A stretch of DNA of 64,000 nt from Candidatus Binatia bacterium (GTDB lineage: Bacteria; Desulfobacterota; Binatia; HRBIN30), in contig JBBRSP010000009.1 in NCBI GenBank assembly GCA_038245295.1, forward strand, positions 128,001 to 192,000, read 5' to 3'. Below are positions 39,119 to 48,507 of the stretch, one piece after another. Below the pieces are notes generated by a model. It worked only from the letters and a program-made list of their open reading frames with translations. It was not told where the DNA came from and searched no databases. Within the stretch, counting starts at the first letter, position 1, and every line of letters starts with the position of its first letter. A program made the position numbers and the translations under genes.

Positions 39119-41065
39119 ATGAAGCGTCGCGGCTTCGCGCCGTTCTTTCCGTTTGCCGATCGTGCCGACAACGCGATTGAGCTGTCGCCGATCAAGGCGG
39201 TCGAGCTGCAGGCGAGTCGGCTGTCGGACGTCATCTCTCTTGCCCAGGGCATCCCTAGCTTCGACACGCCGGAGCCGATCAAGCGCTACATCACGGAGAA
39301 GATCGCGTCAGGTGCTTGTGCTAAGTACTCGCTTACTCCTGGCTTGCCGCAGTTGCGTGAGCTGATCAGCGAAACCTTGCGCACTGAGGGTATGCACTAC
39401 GACCCGGATGGCGAGATCATCGTCACCTGCGGGTCGATCGAAGCCATCAGCGCCAGCCTGCTCGCGCTGGTTGGGCCCGGCGATGAAGTTCTCGTCGTGT
39501 CGCCCACCTACGCGTCCTACATTCCCGCCATTCGACTGACCGGCGCCACACCACGCTTCGTGCCGCTCAACGAAGACGCCAACTTCGATCTCGACCCCGA
39601 CGCCATCGCCGCCGCCATCACGCGACGCACGCGCGCCATCCTGTTTAGCAACCCGAACAATCCGACCGGCACGATCTACTCGGTTTCCGAGATGCGCCGA
39701 CTGATGCACCTGGCCGAACGCCACGATCTGCTGGTGATCACGGATGAGGTGTACAAGGATTTTCTCTACACCGATGAGCCACCCGGCAACCCGGCGCTGT
39801 TTCCCGAGTGCCGCAACCGTGTCATTCGGGTCTGTTCGTTCTCGAAGGCCTATGGCATGACCGGCTGGCGCGTCGGCTTTCTGCACACCGATCGACCGCT
39901 CGCTGATTCCATCCTGCGCGTCCACGATGCCCTGGTCACCTGTGCGCCCGTCGCCTCACAATACGGCGCCATCGCCGCCCTCGAATTCGGCGCGCCGTTC
40001 GTCGAGCAGTTCCGCGACGCCTTTCGTATTCGCCGCACCCGCACGATCGAACGGCTCGACGCCTTGCCCGACGTCTTCGACTACCAGAAGCCCAACGCAT
40101 CCTACTTTGCGTTCCCGCGCATCAAGGACTCGGTTCCCCTGGCGCGCGACTCGCGTGCCCTCGCCTCGGAGATCCTGGAACAGGTGCGCGTCGCTCTGGT
40201 GCCCGGCATCGCCTTCGGCCCGACCGGCGAGTCGCATCTGCGCATCTGTTACGCGCGCGAGCTCAACGACATCGATCGCGCCTTTGATCGACTCGACGAT
40301 TACTTCGCCGGTCGCCGGCCGCGTCTCTACTCGACACCCGCCGCAACCAATATCGGGCCGTCGAGACACGGTGTGCGGCGCGCCGCCGTCGCCACCCTGC
40401 AAAGCCTGGCGCGCCTGGCGCTGGCGCGACACCATCCGAAGGTCATCGCCATCGCCGGCGGGCATGGCAAAACCGTCCTCAAGCGTTCGCTCAGCGAAGC
40501 TCTATCGCAGCGGTATCGCGTCCGCGCCAATCCGTTGTCCTACAACACCGATATCGGCCTGCCGCTGGCGATCCTCGACACCGTCGTCGAAGACATGCGC
40601 CCGGCAACGCTGCTGCGACGCGGCGCGCGCGCCGTGGCCAATGCGTTGCAGCCGGCCCACGAGGATATTCTGATTCTCGAGTTTGGAGCGCGGCAGCCCG
40701 GCGATATGCAGCGGCTACTGCGCATCGTCGAGCCGTCGTTGATCGTTGTCATGCCACTGTCGCCGGAATACTCGGAAGAAGTTGAAGGGCTGGCTGTGCA
40801 ACGCGCCGAGATCCGTGTCCTCGTCGACCACGCCGCCGCCCGCAACATCCCCGTCGTCGCCTGCAGCGACGACAGTAGCGTCGCCGAGCTGGCCAAAGGT
40901 CCGCAGGCCCACCTGTTTGGTCGCGACAATCTCAAGAACGCCGATGGCCGGAACTTCGCCGATCTGGGTGGCGTCCTTGTGCCCGTCGAGGATGAGCTGG
41001 TCGGCGACAGTGCGGTGCACGCGGCGATCGCGACCGCGATCGTCCAACGCCTTCTCGATACCTGA
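39119..41065 (+). CDS. Class I/II PLP aminotransferase fused to a Mur-ligase (MurF-like) ATP-binding domain
   Basis: N-terminal: NPNNPTG, DEVY, SFSKAYGMTGWRVG. C-terminal: KVIAIAGGHGKT, SYNTDIGLPLAIL, ILEFGARQPGDM. Confidence 0.85.
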   Translation: MKRRGFAPFFPFADRADNAIELSPIKAVELQASRLSDVISLAQGIPSFDTPEPIKRYITEKIASGACAKYSLTPGLPQLRELISETLRTEGMHYDPDGEIIVTCGSIEAISASLLALVGPGDEVLVVSPTYASYIPAIRLTGATPRFVPLNEDANFDLDPDAIAAAITRRTRAILFSNPNNPTGTIYSVSEMRRLMHLAERHDLLVITDEVYKDFLYTDEPPGNPALFPECRNRVIRVCSFSKAYGMTGWRVGFLHTDRPLADSILRVHDALVTCAPVASQYGAIAALEFGAPFVEQFRDAFRIRRTRTIERLDALPDVFDYQKPNASYFAFPRIKDSVPLARDSRALASEILEQVRVALVPGIAFGPTGESHLRICYARELNDIDRAFDRLDDYFAGRRPRLYSTPAATNIGPSRHGVRRAAVATLQSLARLALARHHPKVIAIAGGHGKTVLKRSLSEALSQRYRVRANPLSYNTDIGLPLAILDTVVEDMRPATLLRRGARAVANALQPAHEDILILEFGARQPGDMQRLLRIVEPSLIVVMPLSPEYSEEVEGLAVQRAEIRVLVDHAAARNIPVVACSDDSSVAELAKGPQAHLFGRDNLKNADGRNFADLGGVLVPVEDELVGDSAVHAAIATAIVQRLLDT

Positions 41066-41117
41066 CGTTTTGGATAAGGCCCGCCACGGTGCATGCATCT
41101 CACCCTACGGCGGATCG

Positions 41118-41140
41118 GTAGGCGCAAGCTTCAGCTTGCG
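41118..41140 (+). repeat. GTAG-family REP
   Basis: GTAGGCGCAAGCTTCAGCTTGCG between convergent genes. Confidence 0.8.
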
Positions 41141-41171
41141 GCGTGCAACCCCCACCGAGCCGCGGGCAATG

Positions 41172-43454
41172 CTACGCGTAACGCGCCGCATTCAACGCCG
41201 ACCCTGAGCGGAACCAATCGAGCTGCGACCGGCTATAGGTATGGCGCAGAGCCAGCCGTTCCGTCGTCCCATCCTGATGTCGGATCAGGCACTCGACATC
41301 CTTGCCCGGCGAAAGCGCGGCGAGATCGACCAGACTGAGACGGTCGGTCTCGCAGATGCGCCCGTAGTCAGCCGGATCGATAAACGTCAGCGCCAGCAAA
41401 CCCTGCTTCTTCAGATTCGACTCGTGAATCCGCGCAAAGCCGCGCGCGATGACCGCGGCACCACCGAGAAGACGCGGGCTCAGGGCGGCATGCTCCCGGC
41501 TGCTGCCTTCACCGTAGTTCTTGTCGCCGATGATCACCCACTTCAGCCCGGCAGCCTTGTAGTGTCGCGCCACACGCGAGATCGATTCGCCCGTTTGACC
41601 AGTGACGACGTTGATGCCCTTGCCCACTTCGGTGGTGAACGCGTTCACCGCACCAAGCAGGAGGTTGTCGCTGAACTTGTCGAGATGGCCGCGATAACGC
41701 AGCCATGGACCGGCCGGTGAGATCTGGTCCGTCGTCGTCTTGCCGCGCGTCTTGATGAGCACCGGCATATCGATGAAGTCTTTCCCATCCCATGCCGGCC
41801 ACGGCTCCATCAGCTGGATACGTTCACTGTGCGGATCCACGGCGAGGCGGACACTTTGCCCATCCGCCGGCGGAGCAATGTAGGCAGAGCGGCCGCGCTC
41901 GAACCCCTTGGCGGGAACCTCCGGTGCCGGCCGCGGCGCCTCCAGTCGGAACGATTCGCCGTCGGCGCCGGTGAGTGCGTCGGTCAGCGGATTGAAGCTC
42001 AAGCGGCCGGCCACGGCGAAGGCGGTGACGATCTCCGGACTAGCGATGAAGTTCATCGTCGTCGGTTTGCCGTCATTACGCCCCGGGAAGTTGCGATTAT
42101 ACGATGTGACGATTGCATTGGTCTCGGCGACCTCCTGGCTGCGCCGCCACTGGCCGATACAGGGGCCGCAGGCATTGGCGAGAACCAGACCGTTGATGTC
42201 CTGCAGCGATTGCATCTGGCCATCGCGCTCGATCGTCGCGCGCACCTGCTCGCTCCCGGGTGTGACAAAGAAGGGAGCCGCGGTCTTGAGCCCGTGGGCT
42301 TTCGCCTGCTCCGCAACATCGGCGGAACGGCTCATGTCTTCGTAGGAAGAGTTGGTGCAACTGCCGATGAGGGCAGCGGACACGCGCTCCGGGAAATGGT
42401 TCGCCGCAACCTCGGCGGCAAAACGCGAGATTGGACGAGCGCGATCCGGTGAATGTGGCCCGACAACGTACGGCTCGAGCTTCGCGAGATCGAGATACAC
42501 AACACGGTCATAGTGTCGCTCCGGATCGGCTTCGACCTCGGCGTCGGGTTCGAGAAGATGCTGGTGACGCCTTACGTGTTCGACCAATGCGCCACGCCCG
42601 GTTGCTTCAAGGTATTTGAACATCCGTTCGTCAGCGGCGAACAACGAGGTCGTAGCGCCAAGCTCGGCTCCCATGTTGGTGATCGTTGCTTTGCCGGTAG
42701 CGCTGATCGTGCGCGCGCCGGGGCCGATGTACTCGACGATGGCGTTCGTTCCGCCCGCTACCGTCAGCTGCTCCGCGACATACAAGATGACGTCCTTGGG
42801 CGCCGTCCAGCCGCTCATCGCACCGGTCAAGTAAACCGCGATGTGCCGTGGGTAGAGCAACTCCCATGGCAGTCCGGAGATCACTTCAACCGCGTCAGCA
42901 CCACCGACGCCGACGGCGCATGCCCCCAGGCCACCCGCGTTTGGCGTGTGTGAATCGGTGCCGATGATCATTGCTCCGGGAAAGGCGTAGTTCTCCAGGA
43001 CCACCTGATGAATGATGCCGGCACCGGGAGCCCAGAAACCGGCGCCGAAACGCGCCGCGGCCGAGCGTAGGAAGTCGTAGACCTCGCTATTTTCCGCCAA
43101 CGAGGCGTTGAGATCGTCGCCAGCTCCAGTGCGTGCCTGGATTAAGTGATCGCAGTGGATGGTAGTCGGGACGGCGACGCTGTCGCGCCGCGTCTGCATG
43201 AATTGCAACATGCCGGTCTGCCCGAGAACGTCCTGGAACACGACGCGGTCCGGCCGCAGCGAAAGATAACTGTCGCCGGGAATCATCTCCTGTGTTGCGG
43301 GATCGTCGAGATGCCCGAGGAGGAGTTTGTCGGATAGCGTCAGCGGCCGCTTCAGGCGGCGCCGGACGACGTCGAGATTGTGCGCCATGGTCTCGTAGAC
43401 GTTGGCGACCATCTCCGGGGTGGATGCGATTGTGACCATTGCTCTGTCCTCCAT
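41172..43454 (-). CDS. acnA: Aconitate hydratase (mitochondrial-type family)
   Basis: TIHCDH, GIIHQV, TDSHTPN, IGSCTNSS, NACGPCIGQW, SYNRNF, TTD.ISPAG, NYGEGSSREHAA. Confidence 0.9.
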   Translation of the reverse strand: MEDRAMVTIASTPEMVANVYETMAHNLDVVRRRLKRPLTLSDKLLLGHLDDPATQEMIPGDSYLSLRPDRVVFQDVLGQTGMLQFMQTRRDSVAVPTTIHCDHLIQARTGAGDDLNASLAENSEVYDFLRSAAARFGAGFWAPGAGIIHQVVLENYAFPGAMIIGTDSHTPNAGGLGACAVGVGGADAVEVISGLPWELLYPRHIAVYLTGAMSGWTAPKDVILYVAEQLTVAGGTNAIVEYIGPGARTISATGKATITNMGAELGATTSLFAADERMFKYLEATGRGALVEHVRRHQHLLEPDAEVEADPERHYDRVVYLDLAKLEPYVVGPHSPDRARPISRFAAEVAANHFPERVSAALIGSCTNSSYEDMSRSADVAEQAKAHGLKTAAPFFVTPGSEQVRATIERDGQMQSLQDINGLVLANACGPCIGQWRRSQEVAETNAIVTSYNRNFPGRNDGKPTTMNFIASPEIVTAFAVAGRLSFNPLTDALTGADGESFRLEAPRPAPEVPAKGFERGRSAYIAPPADGQSVRLAVDPHSERIQLMEPWPAWDGKDFIDMPVLIKTRGKTTTDQISPAGPWLRYRGHLDKFSDNLLLGAVNAFTTEVGKGINVVTGQTGESISRVARHYKAAGLKWVIIGDKNYGEGSSREHAALSPRLLGGAAVIARGFARIHESNLKKQGLLALTFIDPADYGRICETDRLSLVDLAALSPGKDVECLIRHQDGTTERLALRHTYSRSQLDWFRSGSALNAARYA

Positions 43455-43524
43455 GCCTTGGAGTTTGCAAAAGTTCGGTAGCTACGTAAAATGCATTTAT
43501 TATGCTGATTGATGCGTTTTCCGC

Positions 43525-44436
43525 ATGAAACTAGACACACTCGGCGTCGAGGCTTTCATCGCGATTGCCAACCAGGGCAGCTTTCAGAAGGCGGCTGATG
43601 ATCTGTTCATCACGCAGACGGCATTGTCGCGGCGTTTACAGAACCTCGAGGGCCTGCTCGGCGTAAAGCTAATCGAGCGCACGACGCGTTCGGTGGCGCT
43701 GACCAACATCGGCCGCGCCTTTCTGCCGCAGGCACAGCGATTACTCACCGATCTCACCAGTGCACTCGTGGAGATTCACGAGACCGGCAAGGCGCAGCGT
43801 GGCGACGTGTCGATCGCCTGCGTGCCGACGGTGGGCGTTCACTACCTGCCGCGCATCATCCAGGAATATTCGGCGAAGTATCCGAACAACCGGATCAAGA
43901 TCTACGACCACGCGTCTTCCGGGGTGGCCGAGGCGGTGCTGCGACGCGAAGCGGAGTTCGGCATCAACATCGCCGGCACGCACCACAGCGAGCTCGTTAC
44001 GAAGCCGTTGCTGCGTGATCGCTTCGTCCTGATCTGCCGCGACGATCACGCGCTGGCCAAGCGAAAGCGGCTCTCCTGGAAACAGCTCGAGCCTCATGTG
44101 CTGATCTTTGCCGGTCAGGCGAGCGGCAATCGGCCGTTGCTCGACTTTGGGTTGGCGGACGACGCCCCGAAGCTGCAAGCTCACTATGAAGTGCAGCGTA
44201 GCTCAACAGCCGTTGGTCTCGTTGCGGAAGGTGTCGGGGCCGCCGTAGTCCCGAGCCTGGCGATGCAGAAAGGGGCTCATCCGACCATCCGGGTCATCCC
44301 CTTGATCGATCCGGTCATTTCGAGAAGCCTCGTGCTCGTTTCACGCAAAGCCGCCCAGCTCTCGCCGGCGGCGCAGGCGCTGTACGACCTGATCGGGCGC
44401 AGGGCCAGTGCCCCCTCTCCCGGCTTTGCACACTAA
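43525..44436 (+). CDS. LysR-family transcriptional regulator
   Basis: GSF..AA..L..TQ.ALSR..Q.LE HTH; divergent from the aconitase. Confidence 0.95.
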   Translation: MKLDTLGVEAFIAIANQGSFQKAADDLFITQTALSRRLQNLEGLLGVKLIERTTRSVALTNIGRAFLPQAQRLLTDLTSALVEIHETGKAQRGDVSIACVPTVGVHYLPRIIQEYSAKYPNNRIKIYDHASSGVAEAVLRREAEFGINIAGTHHSELVTKPLLRDRFVLICRDDHALAKRKRLSWKQLEPHVLIFAGQASGNRPLLDFGLADDAPKLQAHYEVQRSSTAVGLVAEGVGAAVVPSLAMQKGAHPTIRVIPLIDPVISRSLVLVSRKAAQLSPAAQALYDLIGRRASAPSPGFAH

Positions 44437-44574
44437 TTCGCATTGGAGCACTCCGCAGGCTGAAGCCTGCGCCTACCGCGCTGAATTCGAAGCGGAACGG
44501 GGAGGGGTAGGCGCAGGCTTCAGCCTGCGGACAGCCGAGCACAGCCGGACCGTTGGTTTCATGTGCAAAGCAGG
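44420..44574. mobile_element. Second copy of ~150-bp MITE/REPIN-like element; supplies the LysR stop codon
   Basis: CCGGCTTTGCACA ... TGTGCAAAGCAGG termini; REPs at 44454-44476 and 44507-44529. Confidence 0.65.
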
Positions 44575-44671
44575 GTGAGAGCCCGCATCGGTGCTGAGTC
44601 TCGCCGATCCGACGTCGCCCCGTCTTGTTTGAGATGCCTATCAGCGTACGATAATAGAAGAAGTCCACAGT

Positions 44672-46168
44672 ATGCCCTTGGCCCCAACAACAGACGCAAA
44701 ACCACCGCGCATTCTCCTGACCGGCGCTACCGGCTACGTCGGCGGACGTCTGCTGCCTCAACTGCGCAAGCTCGGCTACCCGGTTCGTTGTCTGGCACGC
44801 CACCCGGAGTTTCTGCGCAGTCGCACTCATGCGGATGTCGAGATTGTCGCCGGCGATTGCCTTGATCGCGACTCCTTGAGCGCGGCGCTGCAGGGTATCA
44901 ACGTCGCGTACTATCTCGTCCACTCGATGGGCTCGAGCGGCGACTTCTCCGAACAAGATCGGCGGGCGGCGGACAACTTCGGCGCCGTCGCGGCAGCCGC
45001 CGGGGTGCGACGCATCATCTTCCTCGGTGGCCTGGCGGCGATGGACGAACAGTTGTCGCCGCATCTGCGCAGCCGCCTCGAGACCGGCGATGTGTTGCGC
45101 CGCAGCGGCGTGCCGGTGATCGAGCTACGCGCGTCGATCATTCTCGGTTCGGGCAGCCTATCCTTTGAATTGATTCGCTCGTTGGTCGAACGGTTACCCA
45201 TCATGATCTGTCCGCGCTGGGTGCGTACGCCGGCGCAGCCGATCGCCATCGAGGACGTGATTGCCTATCTGCTCGCGGCGCTGCGTCTCGACGGAACGGA
45301 CAACCGCATCTTCGAGATCGGTGGCAGCGACCAGGTCTCCTACGCCGACATCATGGCCGAGTATGCTCGTCAACGCGGTCTGCACCGTGTGATGATTCCG
45401 GTGCCGCTTCTGACGCCGCGCCTGTCGTCGTTATGGCTTGGGCTGACGACGTCGCTGTATGCGCGCGTCGGTCGCAAGCTCATCGAAAGCGTCCAGAATC
45501 AGTCGGTCGTGCACGACACCTCGGCCCTGCAGGCGTTCTCCATTCGCCCGCTTGGGCTGCGCCAGGCAATCGAGCGCGCCATCCGCAATGAAGACAACGA
45601 GTTTGCGGCGACCCGTTGGTCAGATGCCATTTCGTCGGCCGGTGCCCTGCCGACCTGGGGCGGCATGCAGTTCGGCACGCGTCTGGTGGATTCCCGCACG
45701 GCTCATGTTGCCGCGCCGCCGGCTCAGGCGTTTGCACCGATCCGTCGCATCGGTGGCAATGCCGGCTGGTATTATGCCACGTGGCTATGGCGCTTGCGTG
45801 GCTTCATCGACTTGTTGTGCGGTGGGGCGGGCATGCGACGCGGTCGGCGTGATCCAGAGAGCGTCGTAGTCGGCGACACACTCGACTTCTGGCGCGTCGA
45901 GGCCTTCGAGCCGGAGCGCCGCTTGCGGCTCGCGGCCCAGATGAAAGTTCCAGGCCGTGCCTGGCTCGAATTTGAAGTTTTGGCCGAGGCCGGTGGTTCG
46001 ACGATTCGCCAGACCGCCGTGTTCGATCCGGCAGGGTTGCTCGGGCTGCTCTATTGGTATGGCGTCTATCCGCTGCATGCCCTCGTGTTCCGCGGCATGT
46101 TGCGCGGAATTGCGGCGCAAGTCGGGGCGCAGCCCGTTTGCGCCACTGACGCACCATCCGCACGATGA
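44672..46168 (+). CDS. NAD(P)-binding SDR-like protein with DUF2867 domain (YbjT-like)
   Basis: TGATGYVG, YYLVHSM, GSGSLSFE, IGG..GWYY, DFWRVE, MKVPGRAWLEF. Confidence 0.9.
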   Translation: MPLAPTTDAKPPRILLTGATGYVGGRLLPQLRKLGYPVRCLARHPEFLRSRTHADVEIVAGDCLDRDSLSAALQGINVAYYLVHSMGSSGDFSEQDRRAADNFGAVAAAAGVRRIIFLGGLAAMDEQLSPHLRSRLETGDVLRRSGVPVIELRASIILGSGSLSFELIRSLVERLPIMICPRWVRTPAQPIAIEDVIAYLLAALRLDGTDNRIFEIGGSDQVSYADIMAEYARQRGLHRVMIPVPLLTPRLSSLWLGLTTSLYARVGRKLIESVQNQSVVHDTSALQAFSIRPLGLRQAIERAIRNEDNEFAATRWSDAISSAGALPTWGGMQFGTRLVDSRTAHVAAPPAQAFAPIRRIGGNAGWYYATWLWRLRGFIDLLCGGAGMRRGRRDPESVVVGDTLDFWRVEAFEPERRLRLAAQMKVPGRAWLEFEVLAEAGGSTIRQTAVFDPAGLLGLLYWYGVYPLHALVFRGMLRGIAAQVGAQPVCATDAPSAR

Positions 46169-46241
46169 TGCATTTTTTTGGGGGGGCAACGGCCACATGT
46201 CACCCAGAGGATGACATGTGGCGATCTCATTGGAAGTGGTT

Positions 46242-47099
46242 CTAGTTGCTGTTGCTTCCTGCCAGAGCGCGACGCCCGATGAACAGAAGCATGAAGGCAA
46301 CGGCAACGATCCCGGGCCACGACATTGCCGGTGCGGCCGACGGGGCCAGGCTCACACACGTGCCAACGCTACCCGCGGCATCACAGACTTGGTTGGGACC
46401 GGTGCAAGCGGTGTCGCAGCAAACTCCGTCGGCACAGAATGTCGATGAGCATTGCGTACCGGACATGCACGGGTCGCCATTGTTCTGGGTCAGATCGTAG
46501 TCAATGGTAATCACCATGGAGTCGACGAAGGCACCCGGGTTGTTCGTGTCGCCGTTGGTGATCGTGACCGATTGAGCGACGCCGAAACCGGCGTTGTTGA
46601 TGTCCGCAGCCGTCCAGGTCGTGCTCCACAGGTCCGACGAGCTGCCATATGTTCCCGTAAATGTGGAGCCGCTCCACGTCGTAGCGCTTGCCTTGTTGTC
46701 GGTTTGCAGCACCGTGGCCTTCAGGAGTTTCACATCCACGTCGACTTTATTGGAGTCGGCTCCGAGTTTCGTGATGGCAACGGTAATGCCGTTGATGACC
46801 GCATTGGCGGGAATGGAAAATCCGTAGTTGGTGCACTGCAGCCGGGTGGACGTTTGCCCAGGCGCCAGATCGACCGCTGCAAAGGCGGAATCGGCTGTAC
46901 CCTGGGCACTGGTGGTGCTGCCCCAGATCATGATCATGCCGCCCGCGGCGGCATCGTTCGCGCAGGCGCCGCCGCCAAGCGTTTGAGTGAGCGCGTTTGC
47001 CGTCCCCGTGGTGCTTGCCGCAAGGACGCTCCCAACCGCAACAACCACGGCAGCGCGGCAAACTGTCGCCGCGACTCCACGCAACCAAAGTCGATTCAT
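46242..47099 (-). CDS. Secreted surface protein with Cys-rich repeat and IPTL-CTERM-like C-terminal sorting signal
   Basis: Signal peptide, S/T/G-rich body, C.SG.QC.S.FC.DGVCC..AC module, tail APAMSWPGIVAVAFMLLFIGRR. Confidence 0.7.
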   Translation of the reverse strand: MNRLWLRGVAATVCRAAVVVAVGSVLAASTTGTANALTQTLGGGACANDAAAGGMIMIWGSTTSAQGTADSAFAAVDLAPGQTSTRLQCTNYGFSIPANAVINGITVAITKLGADSNKVDVDVKLLKATVLQTDNKASATTWSGSTFTGTYGSSSDLWSTTWTAADINNAGFGVAQSVTITNGDTNNPGAFVDSMVITIDYDLTQNNGDPCMSGTQCSSTFCADGVCCDTACTGPNQVCDAAGSVGTCVSLAPSAAPAMSWPGIVAVAFMLLFIGRRALAGSNSN

Positions 47100-47403
47100 T
47101 TCCCTTACCTCCCCATCGACGCGACCGACACGTCGACGCTGTTAAGCCGCCCCTGTAACAGCTAGGGGTCGAAGTCCGATCGGTTAGTCCCTTTTCTGGG
47201 TCGAGTCAAACGGATCTTTGGGTTGAACCGCTTACTGATTCTCATTTTTGGTGAGGCGATCGCGTGCTTCCGATCTATCATTCGATGTAGTACGGAGGGG
47301 AGTAGGCGAGGATGGGGACGGTACACGGACATGGGGCAGTCTCTCGAAGCCCCCGGCGGACCGCCGACCACGCTGAGCCAACCGGCCGCTAGGAATCGAA
47401 CCG

Positions 47404-48456
47404 ATGAGCTTCCTCCGAATGATCCTCCACGGGACGGCCGCACCAGACCGGATTCTCATTCTTGGTACGGGCCCCGAGGCCCACACCTTGGCCGAGGTGA
47501 TCCGCGGTCAACCTGGAGATTACGTATTCCTCGGCCTTGTCGATCCTGGCGGCAACAGTACCGCGTCCGATAGAGTTTTGGGTGTACCCGATCCTCGCCT
47601 GATTGTCGGGACCCTCGAACAGCTGCCAGAAATTATCACTCACCGACAGCCTGACCGGATTATTATCGCGGCGGTCGCGGACGCCGATAACCACATCTCG
47701 GCACCCGACATCATAGCTGCCCAGCTCAACGGCGTGATCATTGAGACAGCCAGTGCGGCGCAACATCACCTGACCGGCCGATTGACCGCCGCAGCGATGA
47801 AGAGCTCGGTCTTCACCAGATCATCGCGCTCCATGAGCGTCAAACGTGTCTTCAGTATCATCGCGGCGACGGCTGGACTTCTGATCTCTGCACCGCTCAT
47901 GATCGTCATCGCTCTTCTCATCAAGCTCGACTCGCGTGGCCCGGTGTTCTTCGTTCAAGAACGCATCGGCTTGCGCGGCCGTCGCTTCCGCTTGCTCAAG
48001 TTTCGCTCGATGGTTCCCGACGCCCAGCGCACTTCGGCGTGGGCCGGCGACAATGCCGACCGTATCACCGGGGTCGGTAGATGGCTGCGTCACTATCACC
48101 TCGACGAGCTGCCGCAGTTCATCAACATCTTGCGTGGTGACATGGACCTCGTCGGTCCACGCCCTCATCCGCTTTCGAACTACGAACTGTTCGACCGGGA
48201 GATCCCGCACTATTCCTTGCGCTCCGAGATCCGTCCGGGCTTGACGGGATGGGCACAGGTGAGGAATGGCTACGCCGACGACCTCGTCGGTGAGATGGCG
48301 AAGATGCAGTACGACCTCTACTATTTGATGCATCAGTCCTTGGCGTTGGACCTGTGGATCGTTCTTGAAACCTTCAAGATCGTCGGCTTCGGACGCGCCC
48401 CGGTAAACACGCGGCGTCCACAACGACGCACTCTGCGCCCATCCTCTTCCGCATGA
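47404..48456 (+). CDS. Priming sugar transferase (polyprenyl glycosylphosphotransferase)
   Basis: KR.F, KLDSRGPVFF.QERIG, KFRSM, DELPQF.NILRGDM.LVGPRP, RPGLTGWAQV, DLYY. Confidence 0.93.
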   Translation: MSFLRMILHGTAAPDRILILGTGPEAHTLAEVIRGQPGDYVFLGLVDPGGNSTASDRVLGVPDPRLIVGTLEQLPEIITHRQPDRIIIAAVADADNHISAPDIIAAQLNGVIIETASAAQHHLTGRLTAAAMKSSVFTRSSRSMSVKRVFSIIAATAGLLISAPLMIVIALLIKLDSRGPVFFVQERIGLRGRRFRLLKFRSMVPDAQRTSAWAGDNADRITGVGRWLRHYHLDELPQFINILRGDMDLVGPRPHPLSNYELFDREIPHYSLRSEIRPGLTGWAQVRNGYADDLVGEMAKMQYDLYYLMHQSLALDLWIVLETFKIVGFGRAPVNTRRPQRRTLRPSSSA

Positions 48457-48507
48457 CCGCCGTGTCTGCCCTGCGTTCCTGCAGACCGTGCCGGCACCCC
48501 GCGACGA

